64,000 bases of DNA, from positions 90,697-154,696 of the forward strand of contig CAYOTK010000001.1 in assembly GCA_964406895.1 (NCBI GenBank), read 5' to 3'. Below are positions 37,773 through 46,566 of this stretch, one piece after another; the stretch's first letter is position 1; every line of letters starts with the position of its first letter. The translations under genes and the position numbers were made by a program. This stretch comes from an uncultured Candidatus Saccharibacteria bacterium (GTDB taxonomy: Bacteria; Patescibacteriota; Minisyncoccia; Phycocordibacterales; PALSA-1337). The notes under the pieces were generated by a model. The model saw only the letters and a program-made list of their open reading frames with translations, was not told the origin of the DNA and searched no databases.

Positions 37773-38075
37773 TTGAATATAAACATAAACATATGTTATA
37801 CTAGCGCCATGACACCCGAAGATAGAATATTATTGGAGAGAACTTTGAAGCTTGCAGAAGAGAACAATGAAATGCTACATTCTCTTAGGAGAGCCCAGAG
37901 ATTATCAACAACTATGCGAGGTATATATTGGGCTGTCATTTTAGCTTTGAGTTTTGGAGCATATTATTTCATACAACCGTATGTTGAGAATATGCTTAGT
38001 TTATATGGTCAGGTCCAAGACAATATAAACGCAGTGCAAGATGTAAGTGGTTCACTAAAGACGTTCCTGAAATAA
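37773..38075 (+). CDS. Small membrane protein, hypothetical (100 aa; likely start at MTPEDR, 37809).
   Basis: Single TM (IYWAVILALSFGAYYFI). Confidence 0.45.
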   Translation: MNININICYTSAMTPEDRILLERTLKLAEENNEMLHSLRRAQRLSTTMRGIYWAVILALSFGAYYFIQPYVENMLSLYGQVQDNINAVQDVSGSLKTFLK

Positions 38076-38089
38076 GTTTTTAATGACAT

Positions 38090-38230
38090 GCCAAGGTAAG
38101 CTGTCTTGGCAGAAATCATTTAAAATTATCATATACCGCCAAGGTAAGCTGTCTTGGCAGAAATCATTTAAAATTATCATATACTGCCAAGGTAGCTGTC
38201 TTGGTAGAAATCATTTAAAATTGTAATAGA
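38090..38230 (+). repeat. Three tandem ~47-nt units upstream of tRNA-Phe. Each unit is the tRNA 5' fragment (GCCAAGGTA + mutated D-arm AGCTGTCTTGGCAGAA + ATCATT) plus an AT-rich TAAAATTATCATATA tail. Each unit reads as a -35-like TTGGCA/TTGGTA, a 17-nt spacer and a -10-like TCATAT/TAATAG.
   Basis: Units at 38090-38135, 38136-38183 and 38184-38230 are near-identical. The last ends 2 nt before the tRNA. Confidence 0.8.
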
Positions 38231-38232
38231 CC

Positions 38233-38308
38233 GCCAAGGTAGCTCAGTTGGTAGAGCATTCCCCTGAAGAGGGAAGGGTCACCAGTTCGATCCTGGTCCT
38301 TGGCACCA
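38233..38308 (+). tRNA. tRNA-Phe (anticodon GAA) with encoded CCA.
   Basis: GCCAAGG acceptor, D-arm TAGCTCAGTTGGTAGAGC, anticodon loop CTGAAGA, T-arm ACCAGTTCGATCCTGGT, followed by ACCA. Confidence 0.9.
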
Positions 38309-38445
38309 AAACGATTCAATATAAATACTGCGATTTACTGCGGGATGGGGTAACATTCGATCCTGGTCCTTGGCACCAAATTACTCAAAATCATATCGCG
38401 CAAATTGCGGGATGGGGTAACATTCGATCCTGGTCCTTGGCACCA
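38309..38445 (+). repeat. Two tandem ~67-nt units downstream of tRNA-Phe, each ending in a copy of the tRNA 3' portion (GGGGTAACA-TTCGATCCTGGTCCTTGGCACCA).
   Basis: 38347-38378 and 38414-38445 reproduce the T-loop 3' half plus acceptor 3' strand plus ACCA exactly. Each is preceded by a small hairpin (cgcaaattgcg-like). The array abuts the stop of the 1351-aa gene. Confidence 0.8.
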
Positions 38446-38451
38446 AATTAA

Positions 38452-41400
38452 TTATTGCGAGTAAACTTCATTTAGTTTGGCGCGTGTTTTTGGTCCAACA
38501 ACACCATAACCTCTTTCTTTTTCATCTTTGACAACACCGTATTGTAGCTGGAATTTCTTCACGGCTTTCTCAGTAAGTGGGCCATAGAAACCAGTAATTT
38601 TCTTTTCAGGATAAATTTCATTTGATAGTTGAGATAAGAACTTCTGAAGATTTGTTACTTCACGAGACTGAGAACCTACAGACAATTCACTCATAAATGT
38701 TTTTGAATTAATATTTTTAGTATTATTTATGATTTGTGGTATTGCAAGAACCTTATCATTTGAGGTTATTGTGAATATGTTCGATATTGTTTCGGAAAAC
38801 ATGCCAAATGGGTTGAATATTCTAGTGTAAAGAGTATATTCTCCGTCTTTACAATCGGCATTTTTGTTCCTGTATCTTATCAAGGTTTTGCACATATCGA
38901 ATTGAATATCATTTGAGTAATTTAGCATTATAGAATCAGTGAAATTTTTCGATAATGATATTTCAATCTTTTTTGCATTATTATTTGCGTTGGAGTTTAA
39001 TCTAATGATTCGTTCGTCCTTTTGCGTAGAATTATTTTTTACTTGCTTAACTGATAGGGTAAGTTTAACATTTGCGCCATCTGTAAATTTTCTATTGTCC
39101 CAACCGATTGGTAATCTGCCCCCATAGGAGGTTGAAGAAGATGAATTTGAATTCGAAGAAGTATCTGTGGTCGTTGTTACTTCTTCGACCTCAAATGTTT
39201 TGGTTGAATAACCGTCTGAATAAGTGAAAGTAATTTGTCCTGAATTGTCTGCTGTATATGTACCAGTTTGCACGCCGTCTATTTTCAGTGCATAGGTTTT
39301 GCCAGGACTAAGATCACCAATAGTGTGGGCGGTCGTAACACTGTGTGTTGGACTAGATTCAACCCACTTTTTGTAGTAATTTCCTGATTTGTTCCAGTTT
39401 TTGATCTCTACATTTAATGTTGATGCTGAAGGTGCTATTCTCAGAGATGTTGAACTGCTGATGTGAATATCGATCTGTCTATCTATTGAATTGACTATTA
39501 ATCCTTCTGCAGTGGTGCTTGCATAATCCAAACTAATCAAACCGTCTGTTATTGTTGTACTGGCATTTCCAGATGGTGGTGTGATTGAAAGATCCGTGTT
39601 GACTACATTATCAATAGAAGAATCAGACGGATACATGATATAACCATCACCCATAACTGTGTTCGTTACACCTTTGAAGAATTTGACGATGCTTTGGATA
39701 GTAGATGATGCCGTTGAAAGAGCTGGTTCATAATATGTAGTTTTTCTTCTCTCGAAAATAGTACGTATTTCATCTCCAGTAAGGGCTCTGTTATATATTC
39801 GTACATCATCAATGAAACCGTTGAAGAATCGACTTGAATTATTCCATTTACCCATATACAAACCGGTTGTGGTTGCATCAATGCTTCCTGTGAGTGTTCT
39901 AGCTATCGCCGCTCTTAGTTGTCCGTCAAAATATATCTTGATTTCTGGATATGTGAGAGATTGACTATCTGCGACAGCGAATACATGATGCCATTTTCCG
40001 GCTTGTTCAGATGCAGGAATAGTGTACTGTATAGAGTTGTAACCAGCACCATTTGCAATCGCCACTTTTATATCTGATTGTAGAAGAACGTTTCTTTCCC
40101 ATGGAACTGAAAGATAGAAACCTCTTTGGGTCGTGTTACTACCAGAAAAGTCACCTGTAGACTTGTCGATGATAGCTGAACCCCAACTACTTCCTGGTCC
40201 TGCTATGTACACCCATGCTCCGAAACTTATTCCGCCAGTGCCGAAATTGTTTAGACTTGCGGGGTTTCCTGCAGTAGCATAATCATCCTTACCATCGAAT
40301 CTAAGAGCAGAACCAGTTGAGAATAATTGTCCATCCTTTGGACCCCAAGCACCTCCGTCTGTGTCAGTTCTAGCTGCTCCATATATGGTTGCAGTATTAT
40401 TGTTGGAAGAAGAATCTGTCAAAAGGTTACTTGATTGTCTCACTGATACAGAATCAATATATGCCACACCTGTAGTCGTCTCTGAATTAAGATAAACTTT
40501 TATTCTAACACTAGTAGTACTTGTAGCAGTGAATCTTACATTCATCATGTAATATCCTGTTGTTGTAGCCGTTGTTAAGGATTGAGTGGCGAGTATTACA
40601 GAATTTGTAAGATCATACGCTTCTACGTACAGAGTGCCCGCGGTTCTTGAATTGAATCTTTCATAAACTGATAACTGATATTTTTCATTACTAACAGTAG
40701 TTATATTTTGGGTAATGCCAAAACCAGTTGCATTATTTGAAGTGGCCGTAAGTTTGACAGCATGTGAACCAGCGTTAACTATAGATGTCTCGTCTGTAAC
40801 GTCTCTGACTCCAGTAGAAGTAGCATTAATTGTCCAATTATCTATATTAGTTCCTGTCCATGATTCGAAACTGCCATTTTGTATAAGTTCTGTGCCGGGT
40901 GTCTGTTCATCCATCTTAAAATGTGCAACGAGGCCAGAAGTTATGCTGTCCTTTGTAAATGTATTGTCATAGCTAGAAGTAGAAGTAGCACTTGAATTGC
41001 CGTAGTACATGAAATATTTTTCACCAGTAACACCCAATCTGGTAATCGCTTTATCTTTCATCATTTTATAGACATATATATGACCGAGAGCAACATACCA
41101 AACGTCGGTCCTATTTGCTATATACGTAGTGTGTAGATCTGCATACTGTCCTGTTGCTAGGTTAACGCTGGCCGGATGAAACATCAAATGATATATGGCA
41201 CCTCTTGCATATGTCGCATCAAAGACCGCATTAAGTGCGGTTGCGTCTGTTAATCCACTATCGGTTCCCATTCTTTGAGTATATCCTATCTGCCCATATA
41301 CACCGTACTTTGAGTCCCAATCAGCACTATGATACTTGTCGTATTCAATTGCAGAAAATACGTCGCGGTTTGCTAGGTATTTATATTTTCCAAGTGTAGT

Positions 41401-42507
41401 ATACACACTCGTATCTTCATTACCTCCGGGGGCGATCCAGGTATACAAATAATCTGTAGAACCTTTCCTGAATAATGGAGGGAATACCAAGTTGTTTATA
41501 ATGCTATTTTTACTATCACCTATTTCAACATCATAGTCTGCATATGGTGTCACGGTGTGGTTCGTAGAGTGTGAAGCCGGCTCTATATATCCTGCGTTAA
41601 CTTTATTTTGAACGTTTGTCCAGTTTGGAACTCTACCAACCCCTGTTTCTATACCTACAGCAAACCAGAGATGCTTACTAGAAAGCATGTCACAAGAACT
41701 GGCGAAAACAGTTTCTCCAGAACTTGTCCAGTCATCTCCAGATATTGTTACTCCCGCAACGCGATTGTCATAATAGTCAGTAATTTTTTTGTAAGTACCA
41801 ACTTGAGTTCCGCTCGAGTTAACAACTTTTATAAATATGTCATTTGAATTGGCGTCAAACGCAGCAGAAACATAAGCTTTGTTGTTTGTGTAATCAAATC
41901 TTACTGCGTCAATGCCGTTGAAAAAATCACTGGAAGTCTTTTCGGTAAGCTGAGTCCAACTTGTTGATGTTGCTATATACTTAACATATGCCTGAAGACC
42001 TGATGAACCAGCAGGGATATCGAATTCATATGTTACTGGATATGACAGACCGTAATTATCTCTAAGTGTAGATGAAGCGTTGAATCCGTAGTATTCTGGA
42101 ACCGAAGTAGAAGCGGCTGTGATATTAGCCCAAATTACAGCATTCTTATTCGTGGAATCCCAATTTTCAATGAAAAAGGGAACCAAGCTCGTCTTGTCAG
42201 AAGAAGTGATCCTAATGTCTGAACCGTCAACAGCAGCTTTTCTAAAATCAATATAATTTGATTTTGAGGTATCATTACCTTGAATAATGATTCTGGTTTG
42301 ATAGCCAGAAGGTGTTGATGTGCCCACATTGTCTAGGATGAGTGGCGCTCTAAAATTCCAACCCGTAAGCCATGTATCGGCAGCTTTTGCCATATTGTCT
42401 CCAATGACTAAAATAGCAGCTATGAATATTATTGAAAGAATTAAATATTGAGGTGCAAAATACTTAGTAAAATTTCTTCGAATATCTCCGTGGGATTTGA
42501 TTTTCAT
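38452..42507 (-). CDS. Giant secreted or membrane-anchored surface protein (1351 aa) with a LamG/concanavalin-like domain and a C-terminal peptidoglycan-binding (PG_binding_1-like) domain.
   Basis: N-terminal TM. LamG-like block FDGKDDYATAGN...GGISFGAWVY...FNGFIDDVRIYNRALT. C-terminal LQKFLSQLSNEIYPEKKITGFYGPLTEKAVKKFQLQYGV. Confidence 0.7.
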   Translation of the reverse strand: MKIKSHGDIRRNFTKYFAPQYLILSIIFIAAILVIGDNMAKAADTWLTGWNFRAPLILDNVGTSTPSGYQTRIIIQGNDTSKSNYIDFRKAAVDGSDIRITSSDKTSLVPFFIENWDSTNKNAVIWANITAASTSVPEYYGFNASSTLRDNYGLSYPVTYEFDIPAGSSGLQAYVKYIATSTSWTQLTEKTSSDFFNGIDAVRFDYTNNKAYVSAAFDANSNDIFIKVVNSSGTQVGTYKKITDYYDNRVAGVTISGDDWTSSGETVFASSCDMLSSKHLWFAVGIETGVGRVPNWTNVQNKVNAGYIEPASHSTNHTVTPYADYDVEIGDSKNSIINNLVFPPLFRKGSTDYLYTWIAPGGNEDTSVYTTLGKYKYLANRDVFSAIEYDKYHSADWDSKYGVYGQIGYTQRMGTDSGLTDATALNAVFDATYARGAIYHLMFHPASVNLATGQYADLHTTYIANRTDVWYVALGHIYVYKMMKDKAITRLGVTGEKYFMYYGNSSATSTSSYDNTFTKDSITSGLVAHFKMDEQTPGTELIQNGSFESWTGTNIDNWTINATSTGVRDVTDETSIVNAGSHAVKLTATSNNATGFGITQNITTVSNEKYQLSVYERFNSRTAGTLYVEAYDLTNSVILATQSLTTATTTGYYMMNVRFTATSTTSVRIKVYLNSETTTGVAYIDSVSVRQSSNLLTDSSSNNNTATIYGAARTDTDGGAWGPKDGQLFSTGSALRFDGKDDYATAGNPASLNNFGTGGISFGAWVYIAGPGSSWGSAIIDKSTGDFSGSNTTQRGFYLSVPWERNVLLQSDIKVAIANGAGYNSIQYTIPASEQAGKWHHVFAVADSQSLTYPEIKIYFDGQLRAAIARTLTGSIDATTTGLYMGKWNNSSRFFNGFIDDVRIYNRALTGDEIRTIFERRKTTYYEPALSTASSTIQSIVKFFKGVTNTVMGDGYIMYPSDSSIDNVVNTDLSITPPSGNASTTITDGLISLDYASTTAEGLIVNSIDRQIDIHISSSTSLRIAPSASTLNVEIKNWNKSGNYYKKWVESSPTHSVTTAHTIGDLSPGKTYALKIDGVQTGTYTADNSGQITFTYSDGYSTKTFEVEEVTTTTDTSSNSNSSSSTSYGGRLPIGWDNRKFTDGANVKLTLSVKQVKNNSTQKDERIIRLNSNANNNAKKIEISLSKNFTDSIMLNYSNDIQFDMCKTLIRYRNKNADCKDGEYTLYTRIFNPFGMFSETISNIFTITSNDKVLAIPQIINNTKNINSKTFMSELSVGSQSREVTNLQKFLSQLSNEIYPEKKITGFYGPLTEKAVKKFQLQYGVVKDEKERGYGVVGPKTRAKLNEVYSQ

Positions 42508-42663
42508 ATGGTTGTTTTTGTCTTATATAATCAGATTATATACTATTTCCGGACGAATTGTCTCTTAAAGATGTTAATATAATTGCGTCCTTGACTAAAT
42601 AAAGAAGATAGTATATAATTGTGAGGTAATATAAAATAGGTATATAATACCTAATACAATAAT

Positions 42664-44043
42664 ATGATTAAAAAAACACTATATATAGCATCTTTTTTTG
42701 CCCTGATTCTGGTTTCTTCCTTTGTCTTCACTCCTGCCAAGGCACAAGCTGTTGAGTTAGAGAGAATTTTGGATCCTCTTTGTCTTTTTACTTGCAATAG
42801 AAATAACAATTCTTCTTATAATAACTACAATCATATTTACGAGAATTATGACAATAACTACAACAATTACAGACGTGAACCAACGACTCCATCATATTCG
42901 TACGACAACAGACCGCTAGAAGCGTTAAGAGTAACTTGTTATCCAATGCCTACTTCAATACAAGTCGGTGGCAATGTTCAGTGGGTTGCTTCTGCATACG
43001 GAGGTAATGGCTCATACAATTATTCTTGGACTGGTACAGATGGTTTGAATGGCTATGGCTCATCAGTGACAAGAATTTACAACAACACAGGTACAAAAAG
43101 TGCCACAGTAAACGTTATTTCCGGTTCTCAGAATATATCCAAAAACTGTGATTCTTATGTGAACGTTTATGATAATTATCAATATTATCAACCTTACAAT
43201 CCTCCAGTTTATTATCCTCAGCAAACTTATTACCAGAATTATTATCCATCTTTATCTGTTTATTGTAGTGCAAACACTACTTACGTTAACAATGGCAGTT
43301 CTGTAACATGGACAGCATATCCTTCGGGTGGTAACGGTACTTATACTTATTCTTGGAGTGGTACTGATGGTCTATGGGGTTCAACTCAAAATATTTATTT
43401 CAACTACGTGAATCCTGGAAGTAAGTATGCTTCAGTCACTGTGTATTCCAATGGTCAAACAGCTACACAGAGTTGTTCAAATACAGTGAACGTAGCTAAT
43501 ACTTCTAGCAATTATTACAACCCAGTTTATTACGCTCCCGCTGTTACTTACAATAGTAATAGTCTTGATATTGGTTGCTATTCTGATCCTTCTTCTATAA
43601 CGCCAAATCAGCCAGTCACATGGAATGCTGAAGTTACTGGTGGTGTTGGTCCATATACATATTCTTGGACCGGATCGGATAATCTAACAGGTTCACAAAG
43701 TTCTGTAGTCAAATATTACAGCACGGCCGGTACAAAAAATGCTATCGTTACTGTCACGTCGGCAAATGGCAAAACAGGCGTTAGGGCATGTAGTAATACT
43801 CTTGCCGTTCGTTCAACTTCCAGTAATGTAGCGAAGAAGGTTACAACTACTACTGTTGCAAAACAAGACAGTACAACACAAACAAAAACTCAAGATAATA
43901 CTGCCAAGGGTTCAATAGGTGGACTTACTGCTGCATCATTATTCTCATTGGATAATGTTCCGTGGGGTTGGGTAGCGGTTCTCATCATACTAGTGCTATT
44001 CGCTACGGTTTTGTATTTGCTATTCAATAGGAATAAGATATAA
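42664..44043 (+). CDS. Secreted PKD-like repeat protein with a C-terminal TM anchor (459 aa).
   Basis: Signal peptide. Three ~95-aa repeats with GGNG.Y.YSW.GTDGL...C core. C-terminal WGWVAVLIILVLFATVLYLLF anchor. Confidence 0.65.
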   Translation: MIKKTLYIASFFALILVSSFVFTPAKAQAVELERILDPLCLFTCNRNNNSSYNNYNHIYENYDNNYNNYRREPTTPSYSYDNRPLEALRVTCYPMPTSIQVGGNVQWVASAYGGNGSYNYSWTGTDGLNGYGSSVTRIYNNTGTKSATVNVISGSQNISKNCDSYVNVYDNYQYYQPYNPPVYYPQQTYYQNYYPSLSVYCSANTTYVNNGSSVTWTAYPSGGNGTYTYSWSGTDGLWGSTQNIYFNYVNPGSKYASVTVYSNGQTATQSCSNTVNVANTSSNYYNPVYYAPAVTYNSNSLDIGCYSDPSSITPNQPVTWNAEVTGGVGPYTYSWTGSDNLTGSQSSVVKYYSTAGTKNAIVTVTSANGKTGVRACSNTLAVRSTSSNVAKKVTTTTVAKQDSTTQTKTQDNTAKGSIGGLTAASLFSLDNVPWGWVAVLIILVLFATVLYLLFNRNKI

Positions 44044-44051
44044 TATTTCTC

Positions 44052-44666
44052 ATGGATAAATCATTTGAGATTGGAAAGCCAACTTCTGATGAAGGAGTGT
44101 CTCATTATCGTGATGAAATATTAACAATCATTAATGATATTGAAATCAAAGTAAGATCTGTTGTTCCTGATGAGTTGTTACATAAAGAAACTCATGAAAA
44201 AAAACATATTGATGCTCGAAAAGAAAGAGAGCAATATGAAGAAATTAGACAAGACGTGTGTGCGTCTTTCGGTGTATCATACGATGATGAGCATGTATAT
44301 TTACATGACAGTATTGAGGGTACGCAAAGAGCTTTAAGAGCTTTTTATGTTCTAATTGATTCAATTAATAAACAGGCATTTTATGGAGAGGGAAGAATTG
44401 ATCACAATACTCTTTTAATAAAATTATGTGATAAGTTGGCTGCTTTTGATGGTGTTTCAACTTATGAATCAGTTACAAGAGCGATGGATGAAGAACCATT
44501 AAAATACTTGATTTTTAAAGGTTTTCTGAGTAAAAAAGAATTTAAGGAATTATCTGATGCGAGTCGTTCTGTATTGGAAACACCTATTATAGACGGAAAT
44601 GGTCACAAAATTTCTACACCTAGTACATGGTTTGTGACTGGACATAATATTCCAGAGGTAAAATGA
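44052..44666 (+). CDS. Hypothetical cytoplasmic protein (204 aa).
   Basis: ORF only. Translationally coupled spacing to the upstream gene. Confidence 0.45.
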   Translation: MDKSFEIGKPTSDEGVSHYRDEILTIINDIEIKVRSVVPDELLHKETHEKKHIDARKEREQYEEIRQDVCASFGVSYDDEHVYLHDSIEGTQRALRAFYVLIDSINKQAFYGEGRIDHNTLLIKLCDKLAAFDGVSTYESVTRAMDEEPLKYLIFKGFLSKKEFKELSDASRSVLETPIIDGNGHKISTPSTWFVTGHNIPEVK

Positions 44667-44684
44667 GTAAAAAAATATTGTTTT

Positions 44685-46496
44685 TTAATTTCTCTTTACA
44701 ATTTTCTCCACAAACATCTCCACGATTTTAGAAATGTCTTTCTGCCCAACTTGTCCCTCATCGCGACTTTCAAGTGTGACTTTGTTTGCGGCAATATCCT
44801 TATCACCAATAATGATGAAATAGGGCACGCGACTTGTTTTGGCCTCGCGGACCTTCTTGCCGAAGCCATTATTGGAATTGTCTATTTCTGCTCTTATCAT
44901 CTTGGAACGCAATGTATCAGTTATTTGTTTTGCTGTATTTATATGATTTTCACCGACTGGAATGACTTTGACTTGGACAGGAGCAAGCCAGAATGGGAAG
45001 TTTCCTCCATAATGCTCGATCAAAAATCCAATGAATCTTTCATGAGTACCTAGCGGTGCACGGTGAATACAGAGTGGTGTTTGCTTCTTGCCTTCGTTAT
45101 CAATATATTCAAGATTGAATCTTTTCGGCACAGCAAAGTCGACTTGATTTGTGGCTAATGTAAATTCACGACCAATTGCGCTCCATACCTGTACGTCGAT
45201 CTTTGGTCCATAGAAAGCGGCTTCGTTAGGGATTTCAACATATGGAATTTTTGATTCTATGAGAACGTTTCTAACCATATCTTCAGTTTTTTTCCATAGA
45301 GCAGGCTCATTGACGAATTTCTCACCCAATCTCTTAGGATCGTGAGTAGAGAAACGCATAACGTACTTCTGAATATTGAATATTTTGAAATATTGCAAGT
45401 ACATTTCATTGACTGCACGGAATTCCTGGGCAAACTGCTCTTTTGTACAATAAATATGCGCATCATTCATGAGCATGGCTCTTACTCTCATAAGACCGAA
45501 TAATTCGCCACTTTTTTCATGTCTGTAACACATACCGTATTCGGCCAGACGAAGAGGTAATTGTCTGTAACTTCTCGGTTCAGCTGCAAATATCTTGTGA
45601 TGATGGGGACAATTCATGGCTTTCATATAATATTTGCCGCCCTCGTATTGCATAGGAGGGAACATGCTGTCTTCATAATATGGCAGGTGGCCACTGCGCA
45701 AATACATTGAATCTTTAGCAATATGCGGAGTGTGCACGCGCTCATAATTCATTTTGAATTCTGTTTCCTTCGCCAATTTCTCGAGTTCCTCTATGATTGC
45801 GCCACCATTTGGTAACCATAATGGCAATCCTGGACCCACATCATCATCGAAGCAAAAAATACTCATTTCTTTGCCGAGTTTTCGGTGGTCTCGTTTTTCT
45901 GCTTCAGCCATCATCTTCTCATATTCATCAAGTTCTTTACCTGAATGAAAAGCGAGGCCGTATATTCTGGTTAGCATCGTATTGTTCTCATTGCCACGCC
46001 AGTATGCGCCTGCAATATGAGTAAGCCTAAATGAATCGGCGAGGATTTCTTCGGCGGGACTATCCGAATGACCACCACGGCATAAGTCCGTGAATCCCGA
46101 ATGCGATGATTGGTTATTGGTTATTGGTTTTTGTTTATTGGAATCTCCACCTGCTGTATACAAAGTCACCGGTTCTTTCTTCGCTACTATTTCATCAATC
46201 AGCTCGAGCTTGTATTTGTTTGAGCTAAAAATTTTCTTTGCCTCATCGGGTTGTACTTCTTTGCCTACTATAGTCTTCCAATGGGGAAGTATTTTGCGCA
46301 TTGATTTTTCTATGGACTTCAAATCATCATCGGTTGGTTTCTTGTCTGCAGGGAATTCGAAATCATAATAAAAACCATTATCTATGGCGGGTCCTATTGT
46401 AGGTTTTGCTTCCGGATAATGTTCGAGTACTGCCGCTGCCAATAAGTGAGCTAAAGTATGGCGCTTGGCCATCAGTTTTGGGTCGTTGTTATGCAT
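44685..46496 (-). CDS. thrS: Threonine--tRNA ligase, lacking the N-terminal TGS domain.
   Basis: Editing domain HTLAHLLAAAV...DLCRGGH, class II core, C-terminal anticodon-binding domain. Begins at the N2 domain relative to E. coli ThrRS. Confidence 0.85.
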   Translation of the reverse strand: MHNNDPKLMAKRHTLAHLLAAAVLEHYPEAKPTIGPAIDNGFYYDFEFPADKKPTDDDLKSIEKSMRKILPHWKTIVGKEVQPDEAKKIFSSNKYKLELIDEIVAKKEPVTLYTAGGDSNKQKPITNNQSSHSGFTDLCRGGHSDSPAEEILADSFRLTHIAGAYWRGNENNTMLTRIYGLAFHSGKELDEYEKMMAEAEKRDHRKLGKEMSIFCFDDDVGPGLPLWLPNGGAIIEELEKLAKETEFKMNYERVHTPHIAKDSMYLRSGHLPYYEDSMFPPMQYEGGKYYMKAMNCPHHHKIFAAEPRSYRQLPLRLAEYGMCYRHEKSGELFGLMRVRAMLMNDAHIYCTKEQFAQEFRAVNEMYLQYFKIFNIQKYVMRFSTHDPKRLGEKFVNEPALWKKTEDMVRNVLIESKIPYVEIPNEAAFYGPKIDVQVWSAIGREFTLATNQVDFAVPKRFNLEYIDNEGKKQTPLCIHRAPLGTHERFIGFLIEHYGGNFPFWLAPVQVKVIPVGENHINTAKQITDTLRSKMIRAEIDNSNNGFGKKVREAKTSRVPYFIIIGDKDIAANKVTLESRDEGQVGQKDISKIVEMFVEKIVKRN

Positions 46497-46526
46497 GCGT
46501 TAATGATAACTTGTTTCAAGCATGTA

Positions 46527-46559
46527 AATCAAGGTCGGACCTCTAAGAGGTCCGACCTT
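46527..46559. repeat. GGTCGGACC-family palindrome AAGGTCGGACCTCT-aa-GAGGTCCGACCTT between dnaE and thrS.
   Basis: Perfect 14-bp inverted repeat. Same unit as the element in the miaA 3' end. Confidence 0.6.
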
Positions 46560-46566
46560 GAAAAGT

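Noticed and set aside
38248-38451. 67-aa track ORF over the tRNA-Phe locus.
   Set aside because: It spans the tRNA gene and its 3'-fragment repeats, and is not a coding sequence.
46095-46145. ttggttattggttattgg stretch inside thrS resembling the AT-rich rRNA hairpin repeat.
   Set aside because: It is in frame within the ThrRS editing domain, where it encodes a low-complexity NKQKPITNNQSS loop. It is judged coincidental AT-rich similarity rather than an insertion of the repeat.
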